Part shown: positions 40,820 through 49,763 of the stretch, piece by piece
Layout: every line of letters begins with the position of its first letter
How positions within the stretch are numbered: position 1 is the stretch's first letter
Assembly: GCA_049517415.1 (NCBI GenBank)
Contig: JBEKSC010000015.1
Location: forward strand, 1 to 64,000
Direction: 5' to 3'
DNA: 64,000 bases
Source of the DNA: Candidatus Bathyarchaeia archaeon
Lineage (GTDB): Archaea; Thermoproteota; Bathyarchaeia; 40CM-2-53-6
Position numbers and translations under genes: made by a program
The notes under the pieces: model-generated
Databases searched by the model: none
What the model saw: only the letters and a program-made list of their open reading frames with translations
Told to the model about the DNA's origin: nothing

Positions 40820-40996
40820 ATGAACTGTCCAACATGCTCTTGCCTCTTAGACCTCGAATCCTTAGCATTCAAGTGGCTAGGTCGAGAGATCGAAGCCTCA
40901 GCTACCTATACATGCCCCAAATGCCATCAACTGTTCGTCAAGATAGGCAACTACCTTACCAAAGTTAGCCGTCGGGAGATCGCCGTTGATCATTGA
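40820..40996 (+). CDS. Small zinc-ribbon protein (58 aa, not in ORF track)
   Basis: MNCPTCSCLLDLESLAFKWLGREIEASATYTCPKCHQLFVKIGNYLTKVSRREIAVDH*: two CPxC knuckles. Confidence 0.55.
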   Translation: MNCPTCSCLLDLESLAFKWLGREIEASATYTCPKCHQLFVKIGNYLTKVSRREIAVDH

Positions 40997-41135
40997 CCCG
41001 GCGGAAGAGGTGGAATGCCCCTGGTGTCAAGGTATTGGCGGCCGTTGGGAGTTCGTCATAACTCCGAAAAATAATGAAATCGGGACCTTCGAGAAATGCC
41101 GTGCCTGTCACGGAGAAGGAAAAATCCTTCGATGA
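40986..41135 (+). CDS. Small DnaJ-type zinc-finger protein (49 aa, not in ORF track)
   Basis: TTG start; MIIDPAEEVECPWCQGIGG...EKCRACHGEGKILR*: two CxxCxGxG repeats; overlaps the upstream ORF stop. Confidence 0.6.
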   Translation: MIIDPAEEVECPWCQGIGGRWEFVITPKNNEIGTFEKCRACHGEGKILR

Positions 41136-41235
41136 GAATGCTTTTCGTATTACCTCTAGCAGGCAAGTTCAATTTAGTGAAGAGCCTGAGTTTGAAAGGT
41201 AGTATCTACTACACATAGATCTCATCTCACAGATC

Positions 41236-42528
41236 TCAAGGTCGTAAATATTTCCTAATTCTCAAATCAGCGGTCCTAGTATGTGCAAACATCCCTTCCT
41301 CCCTGGCGATCGCGGCTGCGACCGGCGCTATCCTCAGGCTGCCATCCTTGGATAGCCACTGGTAGGTCACGTTTTTCAGATACTTTCCGACCCAGAGGCC
41401 GCCCGTGTACTTCGCACCTCGCCCGGTGGGCAGGATGTGATTCGTACCGATGGCCTTGTCTGAGTAGGTCACTGTCGCCTCTTCGCCAAGAAATAGACTG
41501 CCATAGTTGTGTAAGTTCTCTCGGAACCACTGCCAATTCTTCGTCTGAACCTCCAGGTGCTCTGGCGCGTATTCATCTGCCAGTTGTGCGGCTGTTTCGA
41601 AATCCGGAACAACAATAATCTCTCCTCTCGCCTCCCAAGAGACCTTCGCAACATCAACGGTCTCCAAGCCCTCAAACTGTCGTTCAACCTCGCTGAGCGT
41701 CTTGCGCGCGAACTCTTCTGAAGTAGTAACAAGGATGGCCTTCGCGTTTGGGTCATGCTCAGATTGACCAACAAGGTCGGCCGCCACTATCTGAGGGTCA
41801 GCTGCCTCGTCAGCGATTATCAAGATCTCAGTCGGGCCTGCGATGAAATCTATCCCCACAGCGCCATAGAGCTGACGCTTTGCCTCGGCAACAAATACAT
41901 TCCCTGGACCCGCAATCATATCGACCGGTTCCATGATCCCCGCACCGAAAGCCAAAGTGCCTATTGCCTGAGCTCCACCAAGGGCATAGATCTCATCAGC
42001 ACCAGCACTAGCTATCGAGTACAGCAGATGCTGGTCGATGGGCCCTCCCTTCGCAGGAGCGCAGGCCACAATCCTCCTTACTCCAGCCACTTTAGCCGGA
42101 ACGATACTCATCTGAGCAGAGGCAATGAGACGGTATCGTCCCCCAGGCACATAGACACCCACCGACCGCAAAGGTATGAACTTCTGGCCCAAGTGCACTC
42201 CTTGTAGCGTTTCAAGCTCGAAGTCCTTCAAGCCAGCCTTCTGCGCTAGAGCGAACTTTCCCAACTGTTCATGGAGAAACTTCACGTTCTCTTTGAAAGA
42301 ATCCGAAACATTGTTCTCGGCGCTCTGAATTTCTTCTTGGGGAACTCGAAAAGAAACGGGATTCCAATTATCGAACCGCTCAGAATACTCTCTGACCGCC
42401 ATTTCCCCTTCACTTCTAATTCGTCGAAGGATCTCTTCAACAAGGCTACTCACTGATCCCAGGCTCTGTTCTTTGGATGGCAATGCCGTTTTGATGTAGC
42501 GCGCCTTAGTGCTGCTCATGGCCATCAC
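41236..42528 (-). CDS. Histidinol dehydrogenase superfamily protein, HpsN (sulfopropanediol 3-dehydrogenase)-like clade
   Basis: G.YVPGGRY, GGAQA, GPGN.FVAEAKRQL, AGPTE, EHD, YSDKAIGTNHILPT, YTGGLWVGK.LK; no other his genes nearby. Confidence 0.8.
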   Translation of the reverse strand: MMAMSSTKARYIKTALPSKEQSLGSVSSLVEEILRRIRSEGEMAVREYSERFDNWNPVSFRVPQEEIQSAENNVSDSFKENVKFLHEQLGKFALAQKAGLKDFELETLQGVHLGQKFIPLRSVGVYVPGGRYRLIASAQMSIVPAKVAGVRRIVACAPAKGGPIDQHLLYSIASAGADEIYALGGAQAIGTLAFGAGIMEPVDMIAGPGNVFVAEAKRQLYGAVGIDFIAGPTEILIIADEAADPQIVAADLVGQSEHDPNAKAILVTTSEEFARKTLSEVERQFEGLETVDVAKVSWEARGEIIVVPDFETAAQLADEYAPEHLEVQTKNWQWFRENLHNYGSLFLGEEATVTYSDKAIGTNHILPTGRGAKYTGGLWVGKYLKNVTYQWLSKDGSLRIAPVAAAIAREEGMFAHTRTADLRIRKYLRP

Positions 42529-42769
42529 ATTAGATGATCCAGCATTGGAAAGCTGCGAGGAAATAGCATTTTGGATCCCATGTCTTCTCTAACTTGTCTA
42601 ACCGGTCTTGGAGTTCTTGTAGGATTGTGGTCCCGTTTCGCGCCAAACTTCCTGAAGATTTCAACAGCTTCTTCCAGGCGGTGCTAACGCTTAGCCACTT
42701 ATGTGGAATAGACCTTAGGAAAACTAGGAACATCATCGAGATGCTACATTTGACTACTTGTGACAATAG

Positions 42770-43170
42770 CTAGTTCACAAGCAACCCATATTTCCCAAAG
42801 AACTGGATGTGGACCTTAATCTTAACCTCATCCTTCGTCGGGATGAGAAGAACCTACACATGGACCTTCTAATGTTAATGGCATGGGTTACGCTGCCGCT
42901 TCAAGCTTTAATCGCTCTTTGGCTTTTCAAGAAAGCATGTAGGTTTGGACGCTAAACTCTTCGTGACTCATTTGATGACCAGCGCATTTTGGTCTATTGT
43001 TTCGTTGTATTCGTACCAACAGCAATCACATCTACGGTAGATTTGATTTTTCAAAGTACCATTCGCTTGCTTAACCTGCATTATACACTCGATGACATGC
43101 AGCATCATCCGGTAGGTTCGCATTGTCTTCTTGCTTAATCCGCGTCGTTCACGGTCATCCAGAAATCTAG
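42770..43170 (-). pseudogene. Degraded tyrosine recombinase/integrase remnant
   Basis: Fragments RFLDDRERRGLSKKTMRTYRMML (from 43168; N-terminal binding-domain pattern) and LLIPTKDEVK...FFGKYGLLVN* (box I-like), separated by stops/frameshifts. Confidence 0.5.
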
Positions 43171-43265
43171 GAGCTCACGCGCCTACGAGAACTTGCGACA
43201 TTCTACTCGATTACACTATGGCATGGCTGAACATTTAAGATTTACAGTTACTTTGCTTTTCAAAA

Positions 43266-43281
43266 GAAAGTGCTACATATA
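43266..43281 (+). repeat. Right direct repeat (att-like) GAAAGTGCTACATATA
   Basis: Matches 39616-39631 at 15/16 positions. Confidence 0.6.
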
Positions 43282-43318
43282 CTTTGGCTACACGGCTTCC
43301 GTGTTGGTGCTTTGGCTT

Positions 43319-44008
43319 CTACTTGAGTACCTTTGTTTGAATTGTGCCCTGGGTGATTTTCCCGAGCCGTTCGACAAAGGGCCCGTATAGTCCAGCAGGC
43401 ATCTCGACGACAGCGACCAATGCTCCGTCCGCCTGCCATTCCTCTCTCGAAATGGTTCCGTAGCCCTTTACCGCCCCATAGCCTTTAGCGGCAAATTCAG
43501 CGAGTATCTTCACCGCCACTCGCATCTGTTCCATCTTGATGGGTAGAAGGGAGCGGAGTTCTTCAATGATATCTTTCGCTTGCTCATCCGCACTTTTGAA
43601 TGGGTCAATTGAATACTTTACCTGAGCCAATGCCTGTTCGATTCTGATCGGTGGATGTGGAGTTCCCGAACGTGGATCAATGCAATTTCTGCTGATGAAA
43701 GCAACTATTTGTTTGCGTTTGTCTTCAACCAATTGTCGCCTTTGATCTGTGGTAAGTTGGAGTTCGCCATGCCTCATTATGTCCTCGGCGATCTTCACCG
43801 GGTCTACTGTTCCGAAGGCTTTCTCCAGTTTCTCAGCTGACGCCCTAGTTCCTTTGCCTGCATCGCTGTAAATTTCTTCTATGACCAGAAATTGTGATAG
43901 GCCGACGGGTTTGCCCATTTTGTACTCTAAGGCTTGTTCGGGTTTGACTAGGATTTCGAATTTTTCGCCACTTTTTGAAATTCGAGCTGTACTGAACTTT
44001 TCACTCAT
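43319..44008 (-). CDS. Ribosome maturation factor SBDS/Sdo1
   Basis: GEKFEILV.P, L.KAFGT.D, GELQLT..QR, IDPR...PHPP.RIE.A, EEWQ.DG. Confidence 0.95.
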   Translation of the reverse strand: MSEKFSTARISKSGEKFEILVKPEQALEYKMGKPVGLSQFLVIEEIYSDAGKGTRASAEKLEKAFGTVDPVKIAEDIMRHGELQLTTDQRRQLVEDKRKQIVAFISRNCIDPRSGTPHPPIRIEQALAQVKYSIDPFKSADEQAKDIIEELRSLLPIKMEQMRVAVKILAEFAAKGYGAVKGYGTISREEWQADGALVAVVEMPAGLYGPFVERLGKITQGTIQTKVLK

Positions 44009-44751
44009 CGGCTAGCGGCCTTTTTCGAGGAATCCAGCCGTTTAATATGCTTCTCTACGTCTTCCGGCGACATTTTAGCAAACTTCCTTGTCGACGCGGG
44101 GACAGTTGCGATGCGCAGCTGTTGCGCGTTTAGCTTGTCCTCTAGAACCTTGCTCATGCATTTAATGGCAAGAAGTACTGCGTCATCTAAGCTCATTGTG
44201 TCCTTGTAGTCCGCTTCGAGGATTTCATTAGCGGCATCGCCACCGGCACCGATCGCCAGGGCCTTGAACGCGAAGAAGGCTCCACTGGGATCGGTCCAGA
44301 AGAGACGGCTTCCCTTTCGATCTAATCCGCCGAAAAGCATTGAGAGGCCGAATGGGCGCACGCCGGCATGCTGCGTGTAAAGTTGCTTTATCTCCCCAAT
44401 TCGTCGCGTCAGGATTTCAATATCGATTGGTTCGTCGTACAATAAGCGGTTCGATTGAGCGTAAACCCTCGCCTGATCGACTAGGATGTGTGCGTCGCAA
44501 TTCAAACCGGCAACTGCAGCGCCTACGTGTTCGTCGATTTGGAAGATCTTCCACATGAAGTTCGGGTCTTGAAGTTTGGAGGTGGGCCTTTCCTCTGCGG
44601 CTAGAACGATGCCTTCGGGGCAAACGATGCCGAGCACGGTCGCGCCCCTCTTGACAGTTTCCGAAGCATATTCGACTTGAAACAGACGCCCGTCTGGTGA
44701 GAACACTGTAATTGCACGGTCGTAAGCGCCTGGTACCGCAAACATTGACAA
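44005..44751 (-). CDS. psmA: Proteasome subunit alpha
   Basis: YDRAITVFSPDGRLFQVEYA, KIFQIDEH, YTQHAGVRPFG, TDPSG. Confidence 0.97.
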   Translation of the reverse strand: MSMFAVPGAYDRAITVFSPDGRLFQVEYASETVKRGATVLGIVCPEGIVLAAEERPTSKLQDPNFMWKIFQIDEHVGAAVAGLNCDAHILVDQARVYAQSNRLLYDEPIDIEILTRRIGEIKQLYTQHAGVRPFGLSMLFGGLDRKGSRLFWTDPSGAFFAFKALAIGAGGDAANEILEADYKDTMSLDDAVLLAIKCMSKVLEDKLNAQQLRIATVPASTRKFAKMSPEDVEKHIKRLDSSKKAASR

Positions 44752-45014
44752 TTCAAATTCACCTAAAGCGAAATTTGTCCCTTTCAGTAAGTTTCTCCAA
44801 TAAAACCCTTGAGGTACGGCTTATTGACTAATGAAGCTGTGACTAGATGACGAACCATCAGGTCACGTGACGGAAAACGCATGGACTTGAGTTGATGCGT
44901 TATGTTTTGTGGGGTCAGCCCGTCGCTGAGGTCGTCATATCTTCAGCAAAAAGATCTGACTGGGACTGGCTTCTTCATCCCCGTACTCAAAGCATTGTCG
45001 TCCGAAACAAAAAG

Positions 45015-45323
45015 TTACCTTGGCCTTCTCTTTCCAAGAGCCTTTATTGTTCCCGAAACGCCAACAACCAAAGGTGCAATAGGCGTCCCCGAAGCTTCTG
45101 AAATCAGGGCAACGGCAGCTTGAAGCTCATTCGCTGTACCCCGCCTGCAGGCCACAATCGCTCGTGATCCTGTACCGTCATAACGTACGACCTTTGGGTC
45201 AATCCTTGATAGGCCAATTTCACCAAAGTTTCGTCGAACGGAATCGGTCAACGCTATTCGAAATTGGTCTCGTGAAAGTGGTTTATCCGAAGCAACTTTG
45301 ATCAGCAGGTAACGTTTCGACAT
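45015..45323 (-). CDS. rnp2: RNase P protein Pop5/Rpp14
   Basis: KRYLL, FGE.G, VSGTIKAL; conserved position upstream of psmA. Confidence 0.85.
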   Translation of the reverse strand: MSKRYLLIKVASDKPLSRDQFRIALTDSVRRNFGEIGLSRIDPKVVRYDGTGSRAIVACRRGTANELQAAVALISEASGTPIAPLVVGVSGTIKALGKRRPR

Positions 45324-45326
45324 TTG

Positions 45327-46037
45327 CTATGCCACCTTTGGCAAAACGACCCTTACTCCTTCTTCTACGAATTGAGGTGATCGATGGGCCAAATTGCGCT
45401 TGATAATTGAAAGGGGTGTTGCGGATACTCCAGCAAGAGACTGAGCTTCAGAGAGGCCCATCGCGGAAGCAAGGGCGGCGATTTGAAGCGGGCTCCTAAC
45501 CTGGTCCGGATTGGTGCATCCGCTTGATAGAACTACCTTGACCTTATGCTCACGGGCAATTGCACACTGCTTCATAATCCCTGAGAACACCTCAGCCTTC
45601 GTTTCCTTAAGTAGCGAAGAAACTAGGTTGAATTCGATTGCCCCTCTCAGAAGGTTTGCGAGAGGATGACTGAACCTAACGCTTCTACTCGTAGGGTCAA
45701 AGATAATGAGGTCCACGCGCCTATCCCTGCACGCGACTATTGCCACGCGCTGGTTGGCGCACTTCACCGCGATGACATCGTATGAATTCCTGAATCGTCG
45801 CAGCAACCGAAGCAGGTCCATTCTAGAGCTTGCCGTTAAATCAATTCGAAGCGCGGTTTCAAGCCCGGCTTCCTCAAATACGGTTTTGAGTAGCACAATC
45901 CTGTCCCGCATCAGGCCAGTTGGGAACGTTAATCCTATAGTGGAGTAGCCGGCGATTCTGATTCGCTCAGCTATTTGCTTGCATGAGCTTTCATCCTCCA
46001 CTCGTGGTATTACGTGAAGGTCTACGAAGTTCGACAG
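45327..46037 (-). CDS. rnp3: RNase P protein Rpp30 (probable CTG start)
   Basis: R...D.IAV.C, ACRDRRVDL, A.E.N, V.LSSG....VRSP. The N-terminal FVDLHV motif lies upstream of the track GTG (46001) and needs the CTG at 46037. Confidence 0.85.
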   Translation of the reverse strand: MSNFVDLHVIPRVEDESSCKQIAERIRIAGYSTIGLTFPTGLMRDRIVLLKTVFEEAGLETALRIDLTASSRMDLLRLLRRFRNSYDVIAVKCANQRVAIVACRDRRVDLIIFDPTSRSVRFSHPLANLLRGAIEFNLVSSLLKETKAEVFSGIMKQCAIAREHKVKVVLSSGCTNPDQVRSPLQIAALASAMGLSEAQSLAGVSATPLSIIKRNLAHRSPQFVEEGVRVVLPKVA

Positions 46038-46038
46038 G

Positions 46039-46482
46039 TTACTCTGCCTCCAGGGCCATCTTCATGAGTTGCGTAACTTCGCCGCTTAGACGATTGAACT
46101 TCAATCGGATACGGATTGGGTCTTCCTCTCCTAGTTCGATCATTCCACGAAACGCTCTCTGCTTATCGATTCGGATGTAAAGGCGGCCTTCGGGATCGGA
46201 ATAGAGTGCGAGATCTCTTTCGATTCGGAGCTTTTCGCTCTTCGATAGCTGACGAAAGAAGTTGCTAGTGAACACCTCAACATCTGCGGGCTTGGTGAGC
46301 CTTGCCTCAAAAGTTGTGATAGGATTTCTGTAATACCCTTCCAGATACCTTCTTGTGAACAGTTGCCGTCCTTTCAAAGATTCAGGCAGAATAGTTGTAA
46401 GCGCCGCCTGGACCTTCTCGAGATCGTCAGTCGCGTGGGCGATAGCGCTAATCTCAACGGACTGAACGGCATGTACACTCAA
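46039..46482 (-). CDS. Exosome/RNase P-operon RNA-binding protein (COG1325-like)
   Basis: HATDD.EKV..AL, EG.Y.NPI, LY.R.DKQ.A..G...LG..DPIRI. TTG start at 46482 assumed (track 46512). Confidence 0.85.
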   Translation of the reverse strand: MSVHAVQSVEISAIAHATDDLEKVQAALTTILPESLKGRQLFTRRYLEGYYRNPITTFEARLTKPADVEVFTSNFFRQLSKSEKLRIERDLALYSDPEGRLYIRIDKQRAFRGMIELGEEDPIRIRLKFNRLSGEVTQLMKMALEAE

Positions 46483-46500
46483 TTTTCGGCACCTGGCACC

Positions 46501-46520
46501 ACTTATTTGCACTTATTTGC
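46501..46520 (+). repeat. 10-bp tandem duplication ACTTATTTGC x2 in divergent promoter region
   Basis: Directly visible. Confidence 0.7.
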
Positions 46521-46552
46521 CACATGGCTGAATTAAAGGCGGGGTTTCGGCT

Positions 46553-46915
46553 ACGCCGGATTTCAGGTATAAACTCGTGGTTGCGGTGAGGCGCGACTTG
46601 GAGATGGGCAAGGGTAAGATTGCTGTTCAGGTTGGACATGCGGCAGTCACGGTTGCTGAGGAGACTCGCAAGCAGCACCCCGACTGGTGGAGGGAATGGT
46701 TCCATGAGGGACAGGCCAAGATTGTAGTCAAGGTGAATTCGGAAAGCAACTTAATCGACCTACAAAAGAGCGCCCTAGAATTGGGTCTGGCTTCAGCAAT
46801 AATCCACGATAGCGGCCTTACCCAAGTGGAACCCGGCACTGCTACATGCGTGGGTATAGGTCCGGCGCCAGCAGAGCTTATCGATAAGATAACTGGCGAA
46901 CTTCCCCTGCTCTAA
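46553..46915 (+). CDS. pth2: Peptidyl-tRNA hydrolase Pth2 (possible ACG start)
   Basis: FRYKLVVAVRRDL.MGKGK.A.QV.HA, W...GQ.KIVVKV, D.GLTQV.PGT.T..GIGP.P...IDKITG.LPLL. Track start is the GTG at 46577. Confidence 0.93.
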   Translation, partial: TPDFRYKLVVAVRRDLEMGKGKIAVQVGHAAVTVAEETRKQHPDWWREWFHEGQAKIVVKVNSESNLIDLQKSALELGLASAIIHDSGLTQVEPGTATCVGIGPAPAELIDKITGELPLL

Positions 46916-46918
46916 CAC

Positions 46919-47752
46919 TCAGCTCAGTATGAGCCTAGAGCTGGTGACTTTTTGCCCTAGCGCAGCCTTGCGTAGCCTACCACTCTTAGTCAAGTTCACG
47001 AAGTAAACAGGTATGCGATGACGTATTGCGGAAAGAGATTCGCTTATTTTTCCTGTCATTCCCCCAGTAACGTCAGGCGTAGTCCCCGACATCGCTCTCG
47101 AAATAAGGTGGCGGGCGAAAGATGGCGTAAGGGTTTCCAGAAGCTGTGCGTTAGTGTCAAGGTTCGGGTTGGCGTTGAATACTCCGTCGACGTCGACAGC
47201 GTAGATCAAACTCGTCGCCTTCAGCCTTATAGCAATGAACGCGGCGATTTGATCGCCGGAGAGTATTGAGAAGCCCTTCCTACTGTCCGGTACTATGTCG
47301 CCCCCCGTGATGGGTACGCAACCTAGATGTAGCCAACTCGCTAACGGCTTTAACCACGCTGAAACGATTCTTCCTTTCTCTGTTACGAAGAAGTCTGAAG
47401 CAAGAAAGGGTATCACGGGGACCCCGTGTTCCAGGAGTATTTCATCGAGTAGGTTTTCCCACTCTAGGAGCTTGAACTTTGTTGAACTCAAGCCTTTGAG
47501 TTGGTTGGGGCTCTTCCAACCCTGTTGGAGTCCGTATTTTTTGACTGGGATGTGACCGTAGCTTCCAGCCCCGTGTACGAGGATGATCGAGCAATCTTTA
47601 CGAATTTCCGCGACCTGGCTGGCGGCGCTGTGAATTATGGGTATTCGCGGTGTGTAAATTCTTGTCTTGTCGGTGAGGGCAGAGCCCCCTAGTTTGATGA
47701 CAATTAGCGGCTTATGCAATGTGGCCGCGTCCCTCAACGGTGGACGAGTCAA
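46919..47752 (-). CDS. ipk: Isopentenyl phosphate kinase
   Basis: IKLGGS.LTDK, VHGAGSYGH, GD.V.D...GFSILSGDQ, DVTGGM.GK. Confidence 0.9.
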   Translation of the reverse strand: MTRPPLRDAATLHKPLIVIKLGGSALTDKTRIYTPRIPIIHSAASQVAEIRKDCSIILVHGAGSYGHIPVKKYGLQQGWKSPNQLKGLSSTKFKLLEWENLLDEILLEHGVPVIPFLASDFFVTEKGRIVSAWLKPLASWLHLGCVPITGGDIVPDSRKGFSILSGDQIAAFIAIRLKATSLIYAVDVDGVFNANPNLDTNAQLLETLTPSFARHLISRAMSGTTPDVTGGMTGKISESLSAIRHRIPVYFVNLTKSGRLRKAALGQKVTSSRLILS

Positions 47753-47782
47753 CCTAACTTTCGAATGACGGCCCGTTTAACT

Positions 47783-48214
47783 TTACGCTATTGCTGAGGA
47801 GGGATTGTGTGGGTCGCGGAGTATGGTCTCAAACCAGTGATGCCTCCCGTCTTCCCAAACGTAATACGAGTTCATGACTCGAAGGTTTGGGTACCGTTTC
47901 TTCGCTTTTTCTTCTGCAATGTTCCGCAGACTCATAGCTCTGGTGTACCTTGTTACGCCCATGGCTTTCTGCCTACGACCGGATCTTGGGCGCGGCTTTC
48001 GGGCGCCTCCCTTTCTTATGCGCACACGGACCACAACGTACCCTTGCTTTGCCTTGTAGCCAAGAGCCCTGGCTCGATCAGGCCTCGTTGGGTGCTCGAC
48101 CCTGTGGACCGTGGGTTCTCTTCTCCATTTTATGGCGACTTGCCGAAGATACAACTGTAGGTCGCCCTTCTCTCGCTGATTCCAAGTTTGAGCCAAGTAC
48201 TTGTATGCGCCCAT
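47783..48214 (-). CDS. rpl15e: 50S ribosomal protein L15e
   Basis: MGAYKY, WR.EP...R.E.PTRPDRAR.LGYKAKQG, NSY.V.EDG...WFE.IL.DP. ATG start at 48214 (track 48253). Confidence 0.95.
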   Translation of the reverse strand: MGAYKYLAQTWNQREKGDLQLYLRQVAIKWRREPTVHRVEHPTRPDRARALGYKAKQGYVVVRVRIRKGGARKPRPRSGRRQKAMGVTRYTRAMSLRNIAEEKAKKRYPNLRVMNSYYVWEDGRHHWFETILRDPHNPSSAIA

Positions 48215-48342
48215 TGGATATTTCGACCGCAACCAATTTTTGTGAAGCTTCAAGACGATAGGTGTTTTTCTTTGAGCTTCCTGCAGTTTGAGAGTAGCGC
48301 TGCTATTTAAGTGGCTTGCAGACTAAGGCAGGACGTTGAGGA

Positions 48343-49677
48343 ATGAAACCAACCGACGAATCATTAAGGAAAGCATACTTACCCGCCCAACTCGCGCTAA
48401 AGTACCACCCGTTTTACCGCGGAAAAATTGAGATTGTTCCGAAGTGCCCCATCCGCTCCTTCGACGACTTCGCGATTTGGTACACACCAGGCGTTGCCGA
48501 AGCTTGCGAAGCAATCAAGTCTAGGCCAGAAGCGGTCTACGAGAACACAAACAAGTGGAATACAATAGCCATTGTCACTGATGGCTCAAGAATTCTTGGC
48601 TTAGGTGATATTGGGCCGGAGGCGGGACTCCCCGTGATGGAAGGAAAAGCCTTGCTGTACAAGTACCTTGGCGGCATCGATGCCTTCCCGATCTGCCTAG
48701 GAACCAAGAAGGTCGAAGAAATCATTTCGGTTGTTAAATGGATACAGCCCTCCTTTGGCGGAATCAACCTAGAGGACATCGCTCAACCGAAGTGTTTTGA
48801 AGTCCTCGATGCCCTTCAAGGTCAACTCGATATCCCTGTCTGGCACGACGACCAACAAGGAACCGCCACCGTAGTTCTAGCAGGTTTCGTCAACGCCCTC
48901 AAAGTTGTAGGAAAGAAGATGTCCGAGGTCAAAGTATCAATGATCGGAGCAGGAGCTGCAAACGTTGCCCTAGCCCGTCTGATGGTCTCGGCTGGAGTAA
49001 AAGCGGGCAACCTCATACTCGTTGATAGTAGGGGCATACTGCACCAGAATAGAAAAGACCTCGAAAATACCTCACCAAAGAAATGGAAACTTTGCCAAAC
49101 CACCAACTCGGAAGGAAAGGAAGGAGGCGTCGACGTAGCTATGGATGGGACTGATGCTTGCATCGCCCTATCCACGCCAGGGCCGGGAGTGCTGAAGAAG
49201 GAACAAGTCTCCAGAATGAGCAAAGACGCCATTGTCTTCGCGTGCGCCAACCCGATTCCAGAAATTTGGCCGTGGGAGGCGGAAGAAGGAGGTGCCGCGG
49301 TTGTCGCTACCGGCCGTTCCGATTTCCCTAACCAACTGAACAACTCGCTCGGCTTTCCAGGAATATTCAGAGGAACAATTGACGTCCGAGCGCGAACGAT
49401 CACCGATGAAATGTGTTTAGCAGCTGCTTTTGAACTCGCTAAATTAGCAGAGGAGCGAGGCCTATCAGCGAAGAACGTCATTCCAACGATGGATGATTGG
49501 GAAGTATTCCCGCGTGAGGCAACCGCGGTTGCTGAGAAGGCGATTGAACAAGGAGTTGCTAGACTAAAGCGGAGTCATGAGGAAGTGTACACGGGCGCTA
49601 GGTCGATCATCAAACGCGCGCGCGAACAAGCGAGGTATATGATGAGGGGCGGGTTCATTCAAGAATTTCCAACCTGA
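48343..49677 (+). CDS. NAD(P)-dependent malic enzyme
   Basis: YTPGVA, VTDGS.ILGLGDIG...GLPVMEGK, GGINLEDI, HDDQQGTA, ANP.PEI, ATGRSDFPNQ.NN.L.FPG. Confidence 0.95.
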   Translation: MKPTDESLRKAYLPAQLALKYHPFYRGKIEIVPKCPIRSFDDFAIWYTPGVAEACEAIKSRPEAVYENTNKWNTIAIVTDGSRILGLGDIGPEAGLPVMEGKALLYKYLGGIDAFPICLGTKKVEEIISVVKWIQPSFGGINLEDIAQPKCFEVLDALQGQLDIPVWHDDQQGTATVVLAGFVNALKVVGKKMSEVKVSMIGAGAANVALARLMVSAGVKAGNLILVDSRGILHQNRKDLENTSPKKWKLCQTTNSEGKEGGVDVAMDGTDACIALSTPGPGVLKKEQVSRMSKDAIVFACANPIPEIWPWEAEEGGAAVVATGRSDFPNQLNNSLGFPGIFRGTIDVRARTITDEMCLAAAFELAKLAEERGLSAKNVIPTMDDWEVFPREATAVAEKAIEQGVARLKRSHEEVYTGARSIIKRAREQARYMMRGGFIQEFPT

Positions 49678-49763
49678 GTTGAAGCGGAACGTTCCAATTC
49701 TGGACTTGGGGAGCTAGCCTTTAATCCCGTATTCTACTCCCAAGAATTTCACGGTGCCTTACA

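Larger units (their letters stand above)
39621..43281. mobile_element. Decayed integrated element / genomic islet (~3.65 kb) between rrp4 and SBDS
   Basis: Bounded by the direct repeat TGCTACATATA (39621-39631 and 43271-43281; 15/16 if extended to GAAA[C/G]); interrupts a normally adjacent gene pair; integrase-like remnant near one end. Confidence 0.6.

Noticed and set aside
44821..45010. Hairpin GTGAC/GTCAC and C/D-like words between pop5 and psmA
   Set aside because: Short stems and imperfect boxes are within chance expectation.
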